Numbered from the stretch's first letter, positions 12,190 through 25,896 are shown. The stretch: 64,000 nt of DNA from Eledone cirrhosa (GCA_964016885.1 OZ024740.1:221216001-221280000); one strand, 5' to 3'. The notes: generated from the sequence alone by a model not told the origin. Translations and numbers: made by a program.

Positions 12190-13782
12190 GGTTAAACAAG
12201 GTTCAATGAATAAATCAAAGAATGAGTTTTACAATAGATTGGAAGCACTCAACAGTAGTGGTTTTCCGGAGTTATTAATATTAATTCAATATTTTCCGGA
12301 GTTATTAATATTAATATTAATATTCCGGAGTTATTAATATTAATATTAAGTCTGGATAGCAATCTGGTCTATAAATGCACCGTAAAAGCAAATAACATCA
12401 TATACAACTATATTGGTGCAACTTCATCGACATTTAAATCAAGATTTTCGAATCACAAATGCTCTTTTTCGAATCCTAATAGGAAATCTTCGACTTCTTT
12501 ATCACAACTTATATGGTCGTTAAAAGACAAAAAATTTAAAATACTCGATTTCTTGGTCGAAGCTGTGTAATAGTCGAATCTACTTGAATTCTTCAATATC
12601 ACCTAACTGCAATCTCTGTACCATGGAGACCCTATTAATAATTACTAATTATGAAAATTTAATTAACAAAAAAAGTGAATTATTCTCAAATTGCCTTCAT
12701 AAAGCTTCCTCTACATTCCAAGCCTCGCAAAAAGTCAGGAAAAAACACTAAATAAATAGGTTCTAATTTTTGACGACTCTTATCAACTGAGTGCGTAAAA
12801 CGTTATAACAGATTATAAAACCTTATAATAATTTTTTATTCATTTATGATATGATTAATGTTAGATTAACGGGTTTTATATAGGTATATAAACATATAGA
12901 TTGTTAACATGATCTCTTGATGAATATACATATCATTTGATTGTGTAGATACATTTAATTTGATTGGGATTCTTGTATATTTTTAAAAAATATATAGCTT
13001 ATATGGTTAACAGTTGTAATGAACCGTAAATCATTCATGCATTTATGTATTTGTGTATTTATTCTTTTGGAGTATGTTAGTTTTATGATTCAAGATGTTT
13101 GCTTTATATATTTATATTTATTTATATATATGTATGGTACATGCGTCGCACACGATCCTAGTCGACAAACTTTTTCCACTTAACTTGATGTAAAACTTCA
13201 ATTGTAACTTTACTAACAATGATTGTATTTATTATTTATTATATGTATATGGATCACTAATATCGTCTTGAGTTCCGAACAGAATACTCTATATATATTT
13301 GGACAAATGTGTATATCTAGTATAACATGCTTCTAGCTACATTTATAAGTACTTTAGATACTTAAGAACATTCTAATGTTATAATTGTTAAATATTTTCT
13401 AAATTATATAACGATTATTATTTTTTAATTTAATTAAATTCGGGTTACCTTCGGGTCGATGAAAATCTTAAGTTTTCTCTTTCTCATGTTTGCAGACACT
13501 TTAAATATGATATTATACTACAATATAGATCCTTAAAAAAATTTTCTTGTATTTTAAAATTATATAGCTTAGATATTTGGCACTTTTATGATCGCAAACA
13601 ATTTACTTTTTTACTTTGAATCTGGTTCTTATCCTTATGATTCATGAAGTTTGATTTGTATATTTATAGTGTATATGTATTACATGATCCTAATATAATA
13701 ATTGATCTAAAACCTTAATTTTTAACAATATTAACAGTAACTTATTTATATTATATTATGTTATGTATTTATTATTTATTAT

Positions 13783-13974
13783 AAGAGGCGGTGGATTGGC
13801 AGTATCGGTAGAGGGTCGGACGCCATGCTTTCCAGCATAGTTATGTCCCTTTACGATCTGAGTTCAAATCCCGCCGAGGTTGACTTTGCCTTTCATCCTT
13901 ACGGGGTCGATAAAATAAAGTACCAGTAATACACTGGGTAATTGCTGGCCTTGTGCCTAAAGTAGAAACAATTA
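13783..13974 (+). mobile_element. Full-length tRNA-derived SINE
   Basis: A-box tggcagtatcgg, B-box gttcaaatccc, core and tail; flanked by the repeated attatattatgttatgta. Confidence 0.9.
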
Positions 13975-15052
13975 TATTATGTTATGTATAACTGACTAAT
14001 ATCGTCTTGAACTTTAGACAATATGCTCTTTGTATATATTTAGACAAATGCATATATCTAATTTAATAATACCCTTTTTTAAGTTTAATTATAAGGCTTT
14101 AGATACTTTAAGGCATTCTAATTGTTAATTTAAAATTTTTAAAGTTATAACCAATTATTTTCTAAATTATATAATGTGAATTATTTCAATATAAAACATT
14201 TAAAAAAAATATAATATAAAATAATATAATTTAATATGGATTACCTTCGTGAGGATGAAAATATTAAGTCTTCTTTCTTATGTTTGCAAATACTTTGATT
14301 TTATAAATTAAATATGATAGTATACTTTAATATTAATATAGATATTTATAAACTTTTATAGCCTGAAATATTATACATTTTGATTAATTCATTATTCTGA
14401 ACTAACATAAATGATTTGAAATTTAACGGTCAGCCGGATACGTTTGGATATATATAGTGTATATAATTAATTGTTAGTATATTTCTAATTAACTAAGGAC
14501 TCGAAATTAAACCCTCATATAATTATACCCAGATATATTTAATATTTAGATTGATGGATACTTCTAGATAATTCAATAATTCAAAGATTCGAGTTTACTC
14601 TTTCACAAAGCTATGCCCAAATGTATATTCATGTGTTTGTATAGATATATATAATTTTTGCATTATCTAATCACACCCTATTCATCCACGACAATACAAA
14701 CCTCCCTCCCTATGCGTTATACTATAAAAATTATTCCTCCTTGTCTCTCTATCCTTGATCAATTCTCTTTTGCTTTCTATACTTCTAGTAACTGTATTTT
14801 CTCCCCATCTGTTTCTCTCTGTCTTTCTTCTTTCTTTCTTCTTTCTTCAATAATTTAAATTATTTGAATCTCTAACAGTGATGTAAATTGCTATTATGTA
14901 TTTTTAAGCTTTCTCACACGCACCCTCTGTATTATATGTAAATTTTCATGTCTCAATCTTAAGGTATATAAATATTTAGTTTTGTCATATCTTATTCACT
15001 ACCATGCTGAATCTTAACCATCTACTATGTCGGGGTATGTCATGCATCATCT

Positions 15053-15119
15053 TATTTTATCTGATGAGGACGTACTGTTGAAGTTAGCTCAGTACCTCTG
15101 AAATATGTATAATAAAATA
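15053..15119 (+). ncRNA. Type-I hammerhead ribozyme motif
   Basis: tattttat-CTGATGA-ggacgtactg..cagtacctct-GAAA-tatgta-TA-ataaaata: 8-bp stem I, stem II gtactg/cagtac, short stem III. Confidence 0.78.
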
Positions 15120-15242
15120 TACTTGATCACACGAATGTCTATTTTTGTTAATATTTTGAATTAATATATATATATACATATATGTGTGTGTTTATATATG
15201 TATATATATGCTGTAAGTATATATGTATGTATGTAATGTAAA

Positions 15243-15848
15243 ATCGCTCTCGAGTGCTACTGGTAATATGTAACCCAGTAAACCTGTCTCATGGTCATCG
15301 GCGACTAAACCGGCAACCCATCCCAGCTTGCTTGGTGAGGAAGGTGATATTTGGACACCCTACGCGATGAAATACAAGACCCGACAAAGGCGGAGGAACT
15401 CATCAGAGTCAACGGCCATCCAAATAGTACTTTTTTATTTTTTTTTTACATGGGAGTAAAAGGCCCTCCTTTCTAGGAGAGGGAAACTCTGACAAAAAAA
15501 AACCTGCGGCTTTGGAAGCATCCGATGATGTTGACCAGTTCTCCTTTTCGGGTAGTGTTTTCGATGCTCAGAGAGTGGGATTGGTCGAGTACAAGGCCTT
15601 TCCCCACTTAACAAACCATCAAAGCACAGGCATTGCTTGTTCAGGATAAGTTACAGGTTTGTGTGACAGGCCGTAGCCTAAAAGTGCACCAAACTCTATA
15701 ATCTGACAAGCGATTGCAGTACTCTTAGCAGAGTTTGCCGCCATCATGTATGTATGTATGTATGTATGTATGTATGTATGTATGTATGTATGTATGTATG
15801 TATGTATGTATGAATGTATGTATGTATGTATGTATGTGTGTATGTATG
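15243..15848 (+). mobile_element. Bipartite non-autonomous RTE-derived element (family A) with (TATG)n tail
   Basis: The 3' end is nearly identical to the end of the RTE zinc-finger fragment at 27450-27507. The head is homologous to 28008-28400, and another copy lies at 63616-63964. Tail 15747-15848. Confidence 0.75.
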
Positions 15849-18800
15849 TCTCTTTCTCTTAATTTCGAGTATATTTTTTTTGACTGGCCACCTTCCTGGT
15901 GGCAAGGTTGTAAAAGAAAAGAAATTGTCATCCCTTGAATCGCAAGAATGTTTTGCAAATTTTGAAGGTGCCAGCTATCGCAGCCATTTGTAGACTATGA
16001 ATTAGGGAGCTGCGCTTTTTGTCCGCAAATCCAAGTTTAGTCATACTTTGGTCCAAGCGGCTGGGTATATAACCCGTAGCTCCAATAATGATGGGTATGA
16101 AGCTAAAGGTGTATCTTCGGATACTGGATTTGTAAACTCCTCATCAATGGTCCGTAGATGTCCTCCTTCTCCTGTATTTTTCTGACAACGTTTACATCAA
16201 GTGGGCAGCTGATCTCCACAACAGAACACGTTTTCAATGTGTGGTCCCAAACAACAATATCAGGCCGGTTGTGCTTTAATTTGGTGGCAGTTTTTATTCC
16301 TTAGTGCCATCTGTCTCAATATATTCTTCCTCGTTTGTTGTTAATTTTGTTTTCCGAAGTGCGTTCCAGATGGTTCTAGCTATTCCATCGTGTCTCATGG
16401 GAGGTAGTAGCGAGATGACATTCTTTCGCAGCTAGCAACAATGTGGCTTACATTTATTGTCAGCTGCTGGCCCTCCTCTTTTGTGCAGCAGATATTTGGT
16501 AGGGAGTTCTTGTTCCTGTATTGCATAGAGATATCCCTCAAGGTGTGATGTCATAAACCTGTCGGAACTCCATGCCAGGCTTTTTGAGTGGTTTATCCCC
16601 TCTATGGTCTGTGTTTTACGCCTCAAGTATCCATGCACAACTTTTTCTGTAAATTGGTCAATTTTTTTAATCTTGTTTGAACATTGAATAGGATCTTCCG
16701 ATTTCTCTGGGTGAGAGATTTATATCAGGCTTTATTCCATATCTCTCCTCCAGATCAGTCGCTATTCTAATGATATTATTTTTTTCACGCTCATAAACCT
16801 GGGCAAGATGGTTGCCAACCTTTTTCTTCTGTTGAAGGTGTTGCTTCAGTGTTACTATCCGGGTCTCATATGTTGTTAATATTGATTTTAGACCCCGGCC
16901 ACCTTCCTTGCGTGAGAAGTATAGCCTATCCACATCACCATTGATGTTAAAGTTCCCAGTAACACTGAGAGGTTTTCGAGTTCTAACATCAATCTCACTT
17001 AGTTCTTGCAATGACCAGTTCAGCAGGCCAAATGTTGGCGTTAGAATTGGCACAGCATAAGTATTGTAGGCAATGTATTTGTTATATGCTGACAGTTCTG
17101 ATGATCATATTTTCTTTACTCTTCTGAGGTATTCAGTTCTGGTTCTCTCCTTATTTATGGGTCCATCATATCTGACATTCTCATCCTGTCCAAGATATCT
17201 GTAGTTGTCACCTGACTGCAGAAGTTGTATTGTCAGGCCGTTCATCTCTAGATTTCTAGAGGAGGGCACAGCTCTTCCACGCTTTACTGCCAAATATGCA
17301 CACTTGGACTCACCAATCATTTTGATGTCGGTTGAAAATTGTGTAATGAGGTCCAATTGTTTCTTGATGTCATTGATATTTGGCCCATACAACTTCAGGT
17401 CATCAACAAAGAAAAGATGGGAGATACTTCTGGGCCCACTTCTTTGTCCACCTTGTTTCCTGAGTAGGTAAGATAGTGGATTCAGTGAGAGAACGAAGAG
17501 TAGCACTGACAAGCTATCACCCTGAAAGATGCCCTTCTGGTAATGTATCTTATCAGTCTTAACTTGCTCCCTCTCACCTCTAAGGATCAAATTGGTGTAC
17601 CAGTTCTTGGTCAGGCGTTCAACAGCAGCTACCAATGGTTGTGGGACTTTAGCTAACTGTAAAGCCTTAATAATCCACCCATGAGGTACACTATCAAATG
17701 CTTTTTGATAGTCCAGCCACACCACAGTCATGTTTCTGCGATTCTTTGTTATTTTTTCCTGAATCATTTTGTTAGTTAGTAGGTGATCTATGCAACCCCA
17801 CACCTCCCACTTTCCACCAGCTTGCTCAGGTGTTATGATGTTGTTGGTAGCACAGTGATCCTTTAAGAACAGGTTAAGGCACCCAGTATATAATTTATAC
17901 ATGATGTTTTGGCAGGCTATTGGGCGGTAATTTTTAGCAAGGGTGGTTTGGCTATTTTGGGGAATGAGGAGAGTAGTGGCAGTTGATAACCATCTGGGCA
18001 GTTCTTGTGTGCCTTTAATGGTTTCTGTAAACAGCCGTATGAGATATTGCCGATAGAAAGTGAAATTCTTCAACCAGTATCCTGTAATGAGGTCTGGGCC
18101 TGGTGATTTCCTATTCGACATTTTCTGTAGAGCTGTTTCCAGTATTGACCCATCTATGTCATATTGTTTTATCTGGACATGTTGGCAGTAGTCCTGTTCC
18201 AGTTCTTTTAGCCAATTAGCCTGTCTGTTGAATCCGTCATCCGTTTCCCATACAGATCTCCAGTAGCTCTCAACCTGTTCTTTTGAAGGGGTGTCGTTTA
18301 CAGGGATTGAGCTTTTGCCACCGAAGCTGCGATAAACTGATTTAGGATCTCTGGCAAACAATCTATTTAGCACTTGTCGTTTATGTGCTGTTGACTTATA
18401 TTTTAGTCTTTCCGTTGTAGCTGTGAGTTGTTGTTTCAACTGGTGTAATTTGGAGTTCAAAGTTTTAAATTTTGTATCTCCAAATCGTCTCTCTAACTTT
18501 TTCTTTAGGTCTTCCCGGTGTCGTGTGAAGTTGCTCTCTATGTTGCATTTCAGAACGACTGCGATGTGTGAGATACTTCGTCTCAGGGACAAAATTTTGG
18601 TTTTTAAATTTCGCATCCACGCTGGTTCAGGCTTTCTGTTTGTATCTTGATTGCATGGTTTTAGATGTGTGTTATATGATAGCAATGTGACAGCTGAAAC
18701 ATGTAACAAAACATTAAGCGTTTCAAATGTCGTTTCTACACCTTTCGATCGTATAGCCTTCAGATAATTGCCAGCTATTTCGTTCACCGCTTCCAATTCA

Positions 18801-19755
18801 AATTTAGTGGGTTCTTTACTGATTCTGGTGTTGTATGGTCAGTCACTCACATTAAGGCTGTGTATCTCTTGAAACATATCGTTCCATGTCACTTGTAGGG
18901 TGTCCACAAGTTTTTGGTGCTCTGTTTGTTTAGTAGAGTTCAGTAGAGTCATGAATTTCAGCCTCATTGTTGATGTGGTGACAATTACTACTAGAGTTAG
19001 CTGACCTTTCTCGCTGTTCTTCAGTGGAAGTGGGATGGATTTCAGCAAAATTGTTGGTGAGCTGTTCACTGTTAGATTTAGCTGGCCATTCTCTTTGTCT
19101 GTCAGTGGAGGTGGGGTGGTTGTCTACAAGGGCTGTATTTGTAGTATCACTCAATTCAGTTAGATGTATCAATTTACATTCAAAGTTTCGACAAAGTTCT
19201 GTCAGAATCAACTTTAAAGTTATTCACAGCTTGGGTAATATTTCTTTTCGGTTAGTTTTTAATTCTACAACTGTGTTTTAAACGTTTTTCTTGAATCGTT
19301 TGAATCGAGAACAAAAAGAACCGTTACTTAGTATATTTCTTTATGAATGTAATATAATATAACAACGCTGTATTTATATGTTAAAGTTTATGTATCATTC
19401 ATATTCATATAAATAGGTGTTCTACAACTTATTCACAACATATTCACAGTTCAAACACTTATGTTTTTGTTTCTGAATCGAAAACGTTACTTTTATATTT
19501 CTTTATAAATGTAATATAACAACGTTGCATTTATATGTTAAAGAGTATGTATCGTTCATATATCATAAGTGTATGTATCGTTCATATAAATAGGTGTTTT
19601 ACAACACACTTACGGTTCAAACAGTTATGTAGAATTATTGTATGTAATCTTACCGCGTAATGTAGCTCAACTTTTTCCAATATATGGTATGTTGCCTTCA
19701 TGTAAGCCGTAATTACACACGTCCGATTATCGGACACTGACCACAACGGTCACCA
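15849..19755 (-). mobile_element. R4/Dong-like non-LTR retrotransposon A (RT + REL endonuclease), near full length but disrupted
   Basis: ORF 17105-18796 has KSPGPD, NYRPIAC, WLDYQKAFDSVPH, GIFQGDSLS and HLFFVDDLKLY. It continues to RKEGGRGL, AIQEQE, RHD, HNRPDIVVWD and VEISCP...KE (REL). Bounded by (CATA)n on both sides. Confidence 0.92.
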
Positions 19756-19818
19756 TGTATGTATGTATGTATGTATGTATGTATGTATGTATGTATGTAT
19801 GTATGTATGTATGTATGT

Positions 19819-21428
19819 TCTTCTGGTTTTATAATTTCACAAATATTTCCCAATAGAGAGAGAGAGTCGGTTTCTAACATAGGCACAAGACTCTCTCATT
19901 GGAATTTACACAACTTCAACTAGGTATATTATGTATGTATGTCTGTGTAGATATGGATGTTATTGTATGTGTGGATGTGTATGTTTTGAGTTGTATGTGT
20001 GCATGTGTATATACTTTACATTTGTACATGTGTATATGCAGTTATTAGATGCAAAATTTTTGGAATGTTTTACATATTTTTACTGTTCCATTAATGGATT
20101 GTACTTGTAGTTTCCTAACTAGTTGTGTTCTTTCTGTTCCTGTGAAGCCCAGCTTCTCAGGATTTGTATTGAGGCAGTTACTAACATATCCCAGTGCCCC
20201 AATAATCACAGGCATAAATCTGAAGGTGTAATCAGGGTGGTGTATCTGCAGATTTCTCATCAGTTCTGCATACATATTCTCCTTTTCACTAATCTTTGAT
20301 ATTATATTGGCATCTGCTGGGTAGCTAATTTCCACTACTGTGCATGCTTTCTTCTCCCTGTCCCATATCATAATATCTGGTCTGTTATGCCTGCATTTTA
20401 TTGGGGTTTTTACTGGAACATTCCACCTGTACTCTTTCATATTATGTACATGTATGTCTTCCACATTGCTGTAGCTTTTAATGTGTTTATTATCGGGGCT
20501 ATCTTTTTCACGAACTGCATTGTACAGTGTTTTGGTCACTACATAATGCCTCATAGGTAGATAGTACCGCGATGACATCTTTGGACAGCTGCTGATGACA
20601 TGGGTGATATCCTCGATGTTAGTTCTGCAGAGTTTGCACTTGTTATCACATCTAGGTGTTTTGCCTGCATCCCTATCTCTCTTGTGAATCAGGTATTTCG
20701 TGTTAATCTCCTGTTCTTGGATTGCAAAAGCGTATCCTTCAAAGTGGGAGCCAATATAGCGGTTGTTGGTCCAAGATAGACTACTTTCCTTATCTATATT
20801 ACTGTCACTCTGGAGCTTCCTGGCAACATATCCATGCATGATTTTTTCATCTATGGATTCACTGCGATACTGCTGAGCGACATACATGGGTGTGAGTTTT
20901 TGATTATCACACAGAGAATATCTCTCGAGGAGTTCCTTCCCAACTCTCATGATCTTATCTGTTTCATGCAGATAGACTTGCTCGAGAAACGGGCTCCTAC
21001 TCTTCGAGGTTCGTAGATGTTGTCGGAGAGATATGATGCGACATTCAAATGTTGTCTGGACTGATGTTAGGCCTCTGCCTCCCTGCTTACGTTTCAAGTA
21101 AAGGTGGTCTATGTCACTGTTGATGTGGAAGTTTCCGGTGTTGTTTAGTATTTTTCGAGTTCCAGCATCAACTGCTCGGGTCGGTAGTTTTTTGCCAAGT
21201 GGGTGTCTTTGTTCTTGGGGACCAGTAATGTTTATGCTAATGTCAACCATTCTACTATAAGTGTATCTCCCTTAAGAACTTGTTAGTAGAGGTCAGTAAG
21301 ATACCTCCGATAGAATATCAGTTTTTTGTACCAGTAGCCGACAATCATGTCTCTTCCTGGTGTTTTCTTATCTTGGAGTTTTCCTATCAGTCTCAAGGGT
21401 GCCTTCACTTTTTTCTTATGTATTTGCT
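19819..21428 (-). mobile_element. R4/Dong-like element B, 5'-truncated, RT core internally deleted, zinc knuckle and REL intact
   Basis: ORF 20045-21250 has KQGGRGL, CKLC..HVISSC, NRPDIMIWD and VVEIS..KE. Upstream KTPGRD..LVPKNKDTHLAKNYRP joins directly to post-RT sequence at ~21175. Confidence 0.9.
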
Positions 21429-21526
21429 GTATGTATGTATGTATGTATGTATGTATGTATGTATGTATGTATGTATGTATGTATGTATGTATGTATGTAT
21501 GAATGTATGTATGTATGTATGTATGT

Positions 21527-21990
21527 AGGAAACGCCTTTCCAGAAATAGTTCTGGAAAGAAGAGGAAATGTGTGACGTACGAACGAGTATCCTCTACTTC
21601 CAACTAACTTACCCTCTATTTCAGGGTTCCGGCCGACAGGATGGAAAATATATTGGCCTGGAGGACGGTGAGGGAGACGCACTGAAACAGCCAATCCACC
21701 CCGCGGCTCTCGCATCTGCGGGCAGCCAACTCCGCTCCGATAGCAGTAAATAGGGATGTGGTCCGGGGGCCCAAGAACGCCGGAAGTCACCAATGCAACA
21801 GGCTCTACCACAAACCTATCAGAGAACGGCCGAGACTTGGACAGTTTGTCCTCTTTGGCCTGTCGGGTAGCAGAGCCTTGGCTGGTAGCCGAACACACCA
21901 GGTTGCCTCAAGCTGTCGACTTCTCCATCATGTCGGTCGAAACCACGGGTGGGACAACCTATTAGGGTAGGTATAGGGTGGTAATCTTCA
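21527..21990 (-). mobile_element. 3' fragment of a CRE-like REL retrotransposon
   Basis: GSATRQAKEDKLSK..FVVEPVALVTSGVLGP, then (frameshift) IGAELAARR..DWLFQCVSLTVLQANIFSIL, resembles the CRE-clade C-terminus (PIAVETxGxxGP..QRISxAIQRGN). The 3' end abuts (CATA)n. Confidence 0.65.
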
Positions 21991-22008
21991 GAAGAAAGGG
22001 TTAATAAT

Positions 22009-22126
<118 letters not shown>

Positions 22127-22264
22127 TGGTGTAATGGCAGAATCGTGAGAGCGTCGGGATTTATTTCGGCTATTTACGTTCTAAATTCAGTTCCAGTCAG
22201 TTTCTCTTTTCATCCTTTCGGAAATCGATCGATATAATGTTCCATTAAAGTAGTGATATATATA

Positions 22265-22329
<65 letters not shown>

Positions 22330-22331
<2 letters not shown>

Positions 22332-22528
22332 TCGAAAATTGGCTGAAAATTTCATGCGCTGACCAAGATACTCCCATGGAATGACCCACTGAGGTTTATT
22401 TTTCGACATTATGTCGGAAAAGAAACCATACAGTTATTAATAAGATTTGAAATAATGCATGCAAGATTTCACAGCTCTAGTATCACTCCTTCCTAATCAG
22501 CCTATGAACGTTTCAGCCGAGCTTCGTG
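22330..22528. mobile_element. Mariner-type MITE (related copies ~41720-41925, 46100-46245, 50085-50480)
   Basis: Degenerate TIR ggctgaaaagttcat / atgaacttttcagccgacc(c)tcgta; shared internal aagatttcacagctctagcatcactccttc. Confidence 0.6.
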
Positions 22529-23219
22529 TGCCAATAGGAATATAATTCTTTCTAATATATGTAGAAAACCATAAATTTGGGACAGGGGGAAAATCAATAT
22601 ATCTGACTGGTTCTTTACTCTATCGATCTCGGAAGGATGAAAGGCAAAGTTGACCTCAGTGGGATTTGAACTAAGAACGTAGAGATCCATAACGAAATAC
22701 AGCAAAACATTTCGTCCGACGACGCCCTACAATTCTACCAATCCACAATCCACCACACTCATCAACAGAAAAATATTACTGACAATTGTGAACTAAATCT
22801 CTGAAGGTGTCTAATTCTTAGGAGTAGAATACTTTTAAAAATAGGTCAGTGGTTATAACACTGGAGAGGAATGAGCTTAGCCAGCTGTAAATCGCCCAAG
22901 AAACACCGTATGACACCACGGTGCCCCTAAGAGTCTATTAACAGTTAAGATGCCAGGGAAGGAATTATTATACATATTTTTTGCCGATCCCAGAAAGATA
23001 AAACGTAAAGTCTTATTTGTCTACCTAATTCACATTCACATCCAGACTGTTTATATGGATATTAAATCGAACCCCGTTCATGACTGGTACTTTATTTCCT
23101 GGAACCTGAAGGGATGAAAGAGAAAAGTGACCTCGATGGGAGTTGAACTCAGAACGTAAAGGGAAGTTGATAAATACTAGAAAATATTTATCACATGACT
23201 TTCTGAGTCTGCCATGCCA

Positions 23220-23770
23220 TCTACCATCAACACCACCACCACTACCATCACTACCATCACAACCACCACCACATCTAACACCACCATCACCACCACCACC
23301 ATCACCATCACCACCATCACCACCGCCATCATCATCACCACCATCACCACCACCACAATCACCATCACTACAACCACCACCACCACCATCTACGACCACC
23401 TTCAAAACAACCCCCTCCTACCACCACCAACACCATCACTACCATCACCACCACCACCCACAATCACCACCACCACCACCAGCATCTACTACCACCACTA
23501 TCCCTATTACCACCAACGCCACCACCACAATCACCACCACCACCATTACCACCACCACCACCACCACCAACATTACTACCACCACCACCATCATCACCAC
23601 CACCACCACCACCATCTACCACCACCACCATCACCACCACCACCAGCAAGAAAAGTAGCAACAATAACATAATAGAAATAACAAAAAACAAAAAACAAAA
23701 CAAAAAACAACAACAACAACAACTAACAATCAACATCAGTATCACCAACAACAGCAGCGGGAACAACAAC
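23220..23770. repeat. (CAC/CAT)n followed by (AAC)n low-complexity tract
   Basis: Direct inspection. Confidence 0.9.
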
Positions 23771-24975
23771 AAATATATAACATTATCAAGAACTGCAACA
23801 AACTAACAACAGTAGCAGCAACCACAATAATAACAATAACAATAACATCAACATCCACGACGACGACGACGACGATAAAGAAAACAACAATACGTACATT
23901 ATATTCACACGCACGTTCCTTTTCACGATCGAAGCAAAGAATGGGTTTCCTCCATGAATATTAGAAAGACATTTTAAATCCGACTCTGTCAGTTCGCCGT
24001 CTGCCTCTATGAATACATTGAGTGAGGAAAAACCATGACACTCTACTCGACAACCCATGGTGTTTTTATCACATTTTATGCTATTAATATACATGCTATT
24101 GTTCGTATCGATTCAAAAGTAGCCAAAATCTTGCTTAGACATCTTAAAAGAAGTTATCGATATATAGTTTATTACAAAAGAACGGAAAACTCTGGGGACT
24201 TGTATTTTTACTGAATGTTGTAATTTTTATTGAGAATGAACTGCGAACTGTATATATTTTACTTCAGGGCTTGGGTATATAGAACATAGCTTCAGGCATA
24301 AATAACTTCAGATATGAGAATTAGTCTTGGTTCTTAATTAAATTGGAGATAACATTACTCTTTGTCTTGATGGTTGAAATACATAGGGTGATAGTACTCC
24401 CTCGTAAACGCGAGGTCGATTTAGGACAATATTGTTTACTATGACATCACTGGCATCTCTTAGCGTCCATTGAAATTCTGGTGGTGCATTGAGTTCTTAA
24501 GCTGGGCAAAAATGAGTAATTTTTGTTCCTGTAATTCGAAGGACTAACCTTATACGCTGTATCACGTTGGATCTACTTAAGAACTACGCCAAGAGTACAA
24601 GTCCCTGTGAAAACCTCAGTCACTTGCATATTGAATTCACGAGCAGGCTATTTTGTTGATCAAGCAATTGGCACACTCGTCGCTGAAACCGGTGGCGGTC
24701 CAGCACACATAACAATAAGGTGGCTGTTTTAACATATTTTTAAACAGTTAGAACGCTGGCAACGGGGACATGGTAATTGTAGCGCAGATGGTTCTCCACG
24801 TCAGTCTACTGCTTTCCAACGATGTCTCCTCCTGTTAGCTTACTCTCCACGGCTATTTTTAAAGACGTCACGTCCAGCGTGACATTTTCTCTTTTAGAGC
24901 TGAGGGTCAGACGCATTAACCGCTCTTAAGAAACCCTCTATGATATTAATATACATATACGCGGATGAAGGAAGG

Positions 24976-25058
<83 letters not shown>

Positions 25059-25107
25059 GAGTTTGATGGGAAAAGAAATAAGAAAGAGGAAAGTGTTGAT
25101 GGGAGAA

Positions 25108-25142
<35 letters not shown>

Positions 25143-25896
25143 GGTAGGGGAGTGAGAGAGGACGGTGTCGATACCAGAGGAAAGTAGTAACGTAGTGTGG
25201 CAAAAGGCGGCTTTAGATGTTAGTAAATGAGAAATAAACATAGAAATATGTCGACCACACTTGATTTATTAAAGGGAAGTAATTAAACTCTTATTCTCTT
25301 CACCCATAAACAATGCGGACCACCAGTAAAGAAAATGAGAACAGAAGGGTTATATTCACTGAAAATGTACTTTGCTCTATAGGTGGAATATAAAAACATA
25401 AGAGTGCATGTACATTAACATTTTAAGCTTTTTTTTATAATTCACTGAATTCTTCCTCCCAAGAAAGAAAACTGCAGTGTTAGACAACTGTAAAGAGTTA
25501 CTCGTTAAATTTTAGAGAGGTGGTGCATATTTCTATCGTCCTCTTCGTAGGAGTTTGTAGCGTCCGTGTTAGCTGGTCACTTTCTTTGCCTCTGATACGC
25601 AGCGTTTCGTGTTTACTATTTACAAACTTAGTAACATAAACAAGTGCACCAACGATAGTAGGTACATAAATATTTTCTTTGTTACTGATTTTGAAAGCAA
25701 TGTTTACATCCACAAGGCACCTGATTTTTGTAATATATATATATATATATATATACAATTTTATATCAATAAGTGCCACTTATTGATATAAAATATAAAT
25801 TATCTCTCAACTTTAAGTAAATAGGTTTGTTATCAGCTAATGTTTGCAGCCTATGAAATATATACTAGTATATGTCTTACAACTTCATTATATATA

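Larger units (their letters stand above)
12345..15165 (+). mobile_element. 5'-truncated Penelope-like element (second family): GIY-YIG remnant, long AT-rich 3' region, terminal hammerhead
   Basis: 12361-12750 reads NLVYKC..YNYIGATSSTFKSRFSNHKCSF..TSLSQLIWSLKD / CNLCTMETLLI..LINKKSELFSNCLH. The downstream extent is inferred from the hammerhead at 15053-15119. Confidence 0.7.

Noticed and set aside
13783-13880. tRNA genes
   Set aside because: The A/B boxes belong to SINE heads with expanded spacing; no cloverleaf is present.
17105-17107. Programmed read-through in R4-like A
   Set aside because: The TGA replaces the Trp expected in KKIWxSEL, and the copy has other disabling lesions.
23900-24150. 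Minus-strand coding exon (CRVECHGF...)
   Set aside because: No recognisable domain, and all frames have stops after the best acceptor.
24860-25260. Promoter (GA repeats, gacgtca motif)
   Set aside because: The short motifs are expected by chance and no linked gene was identified.
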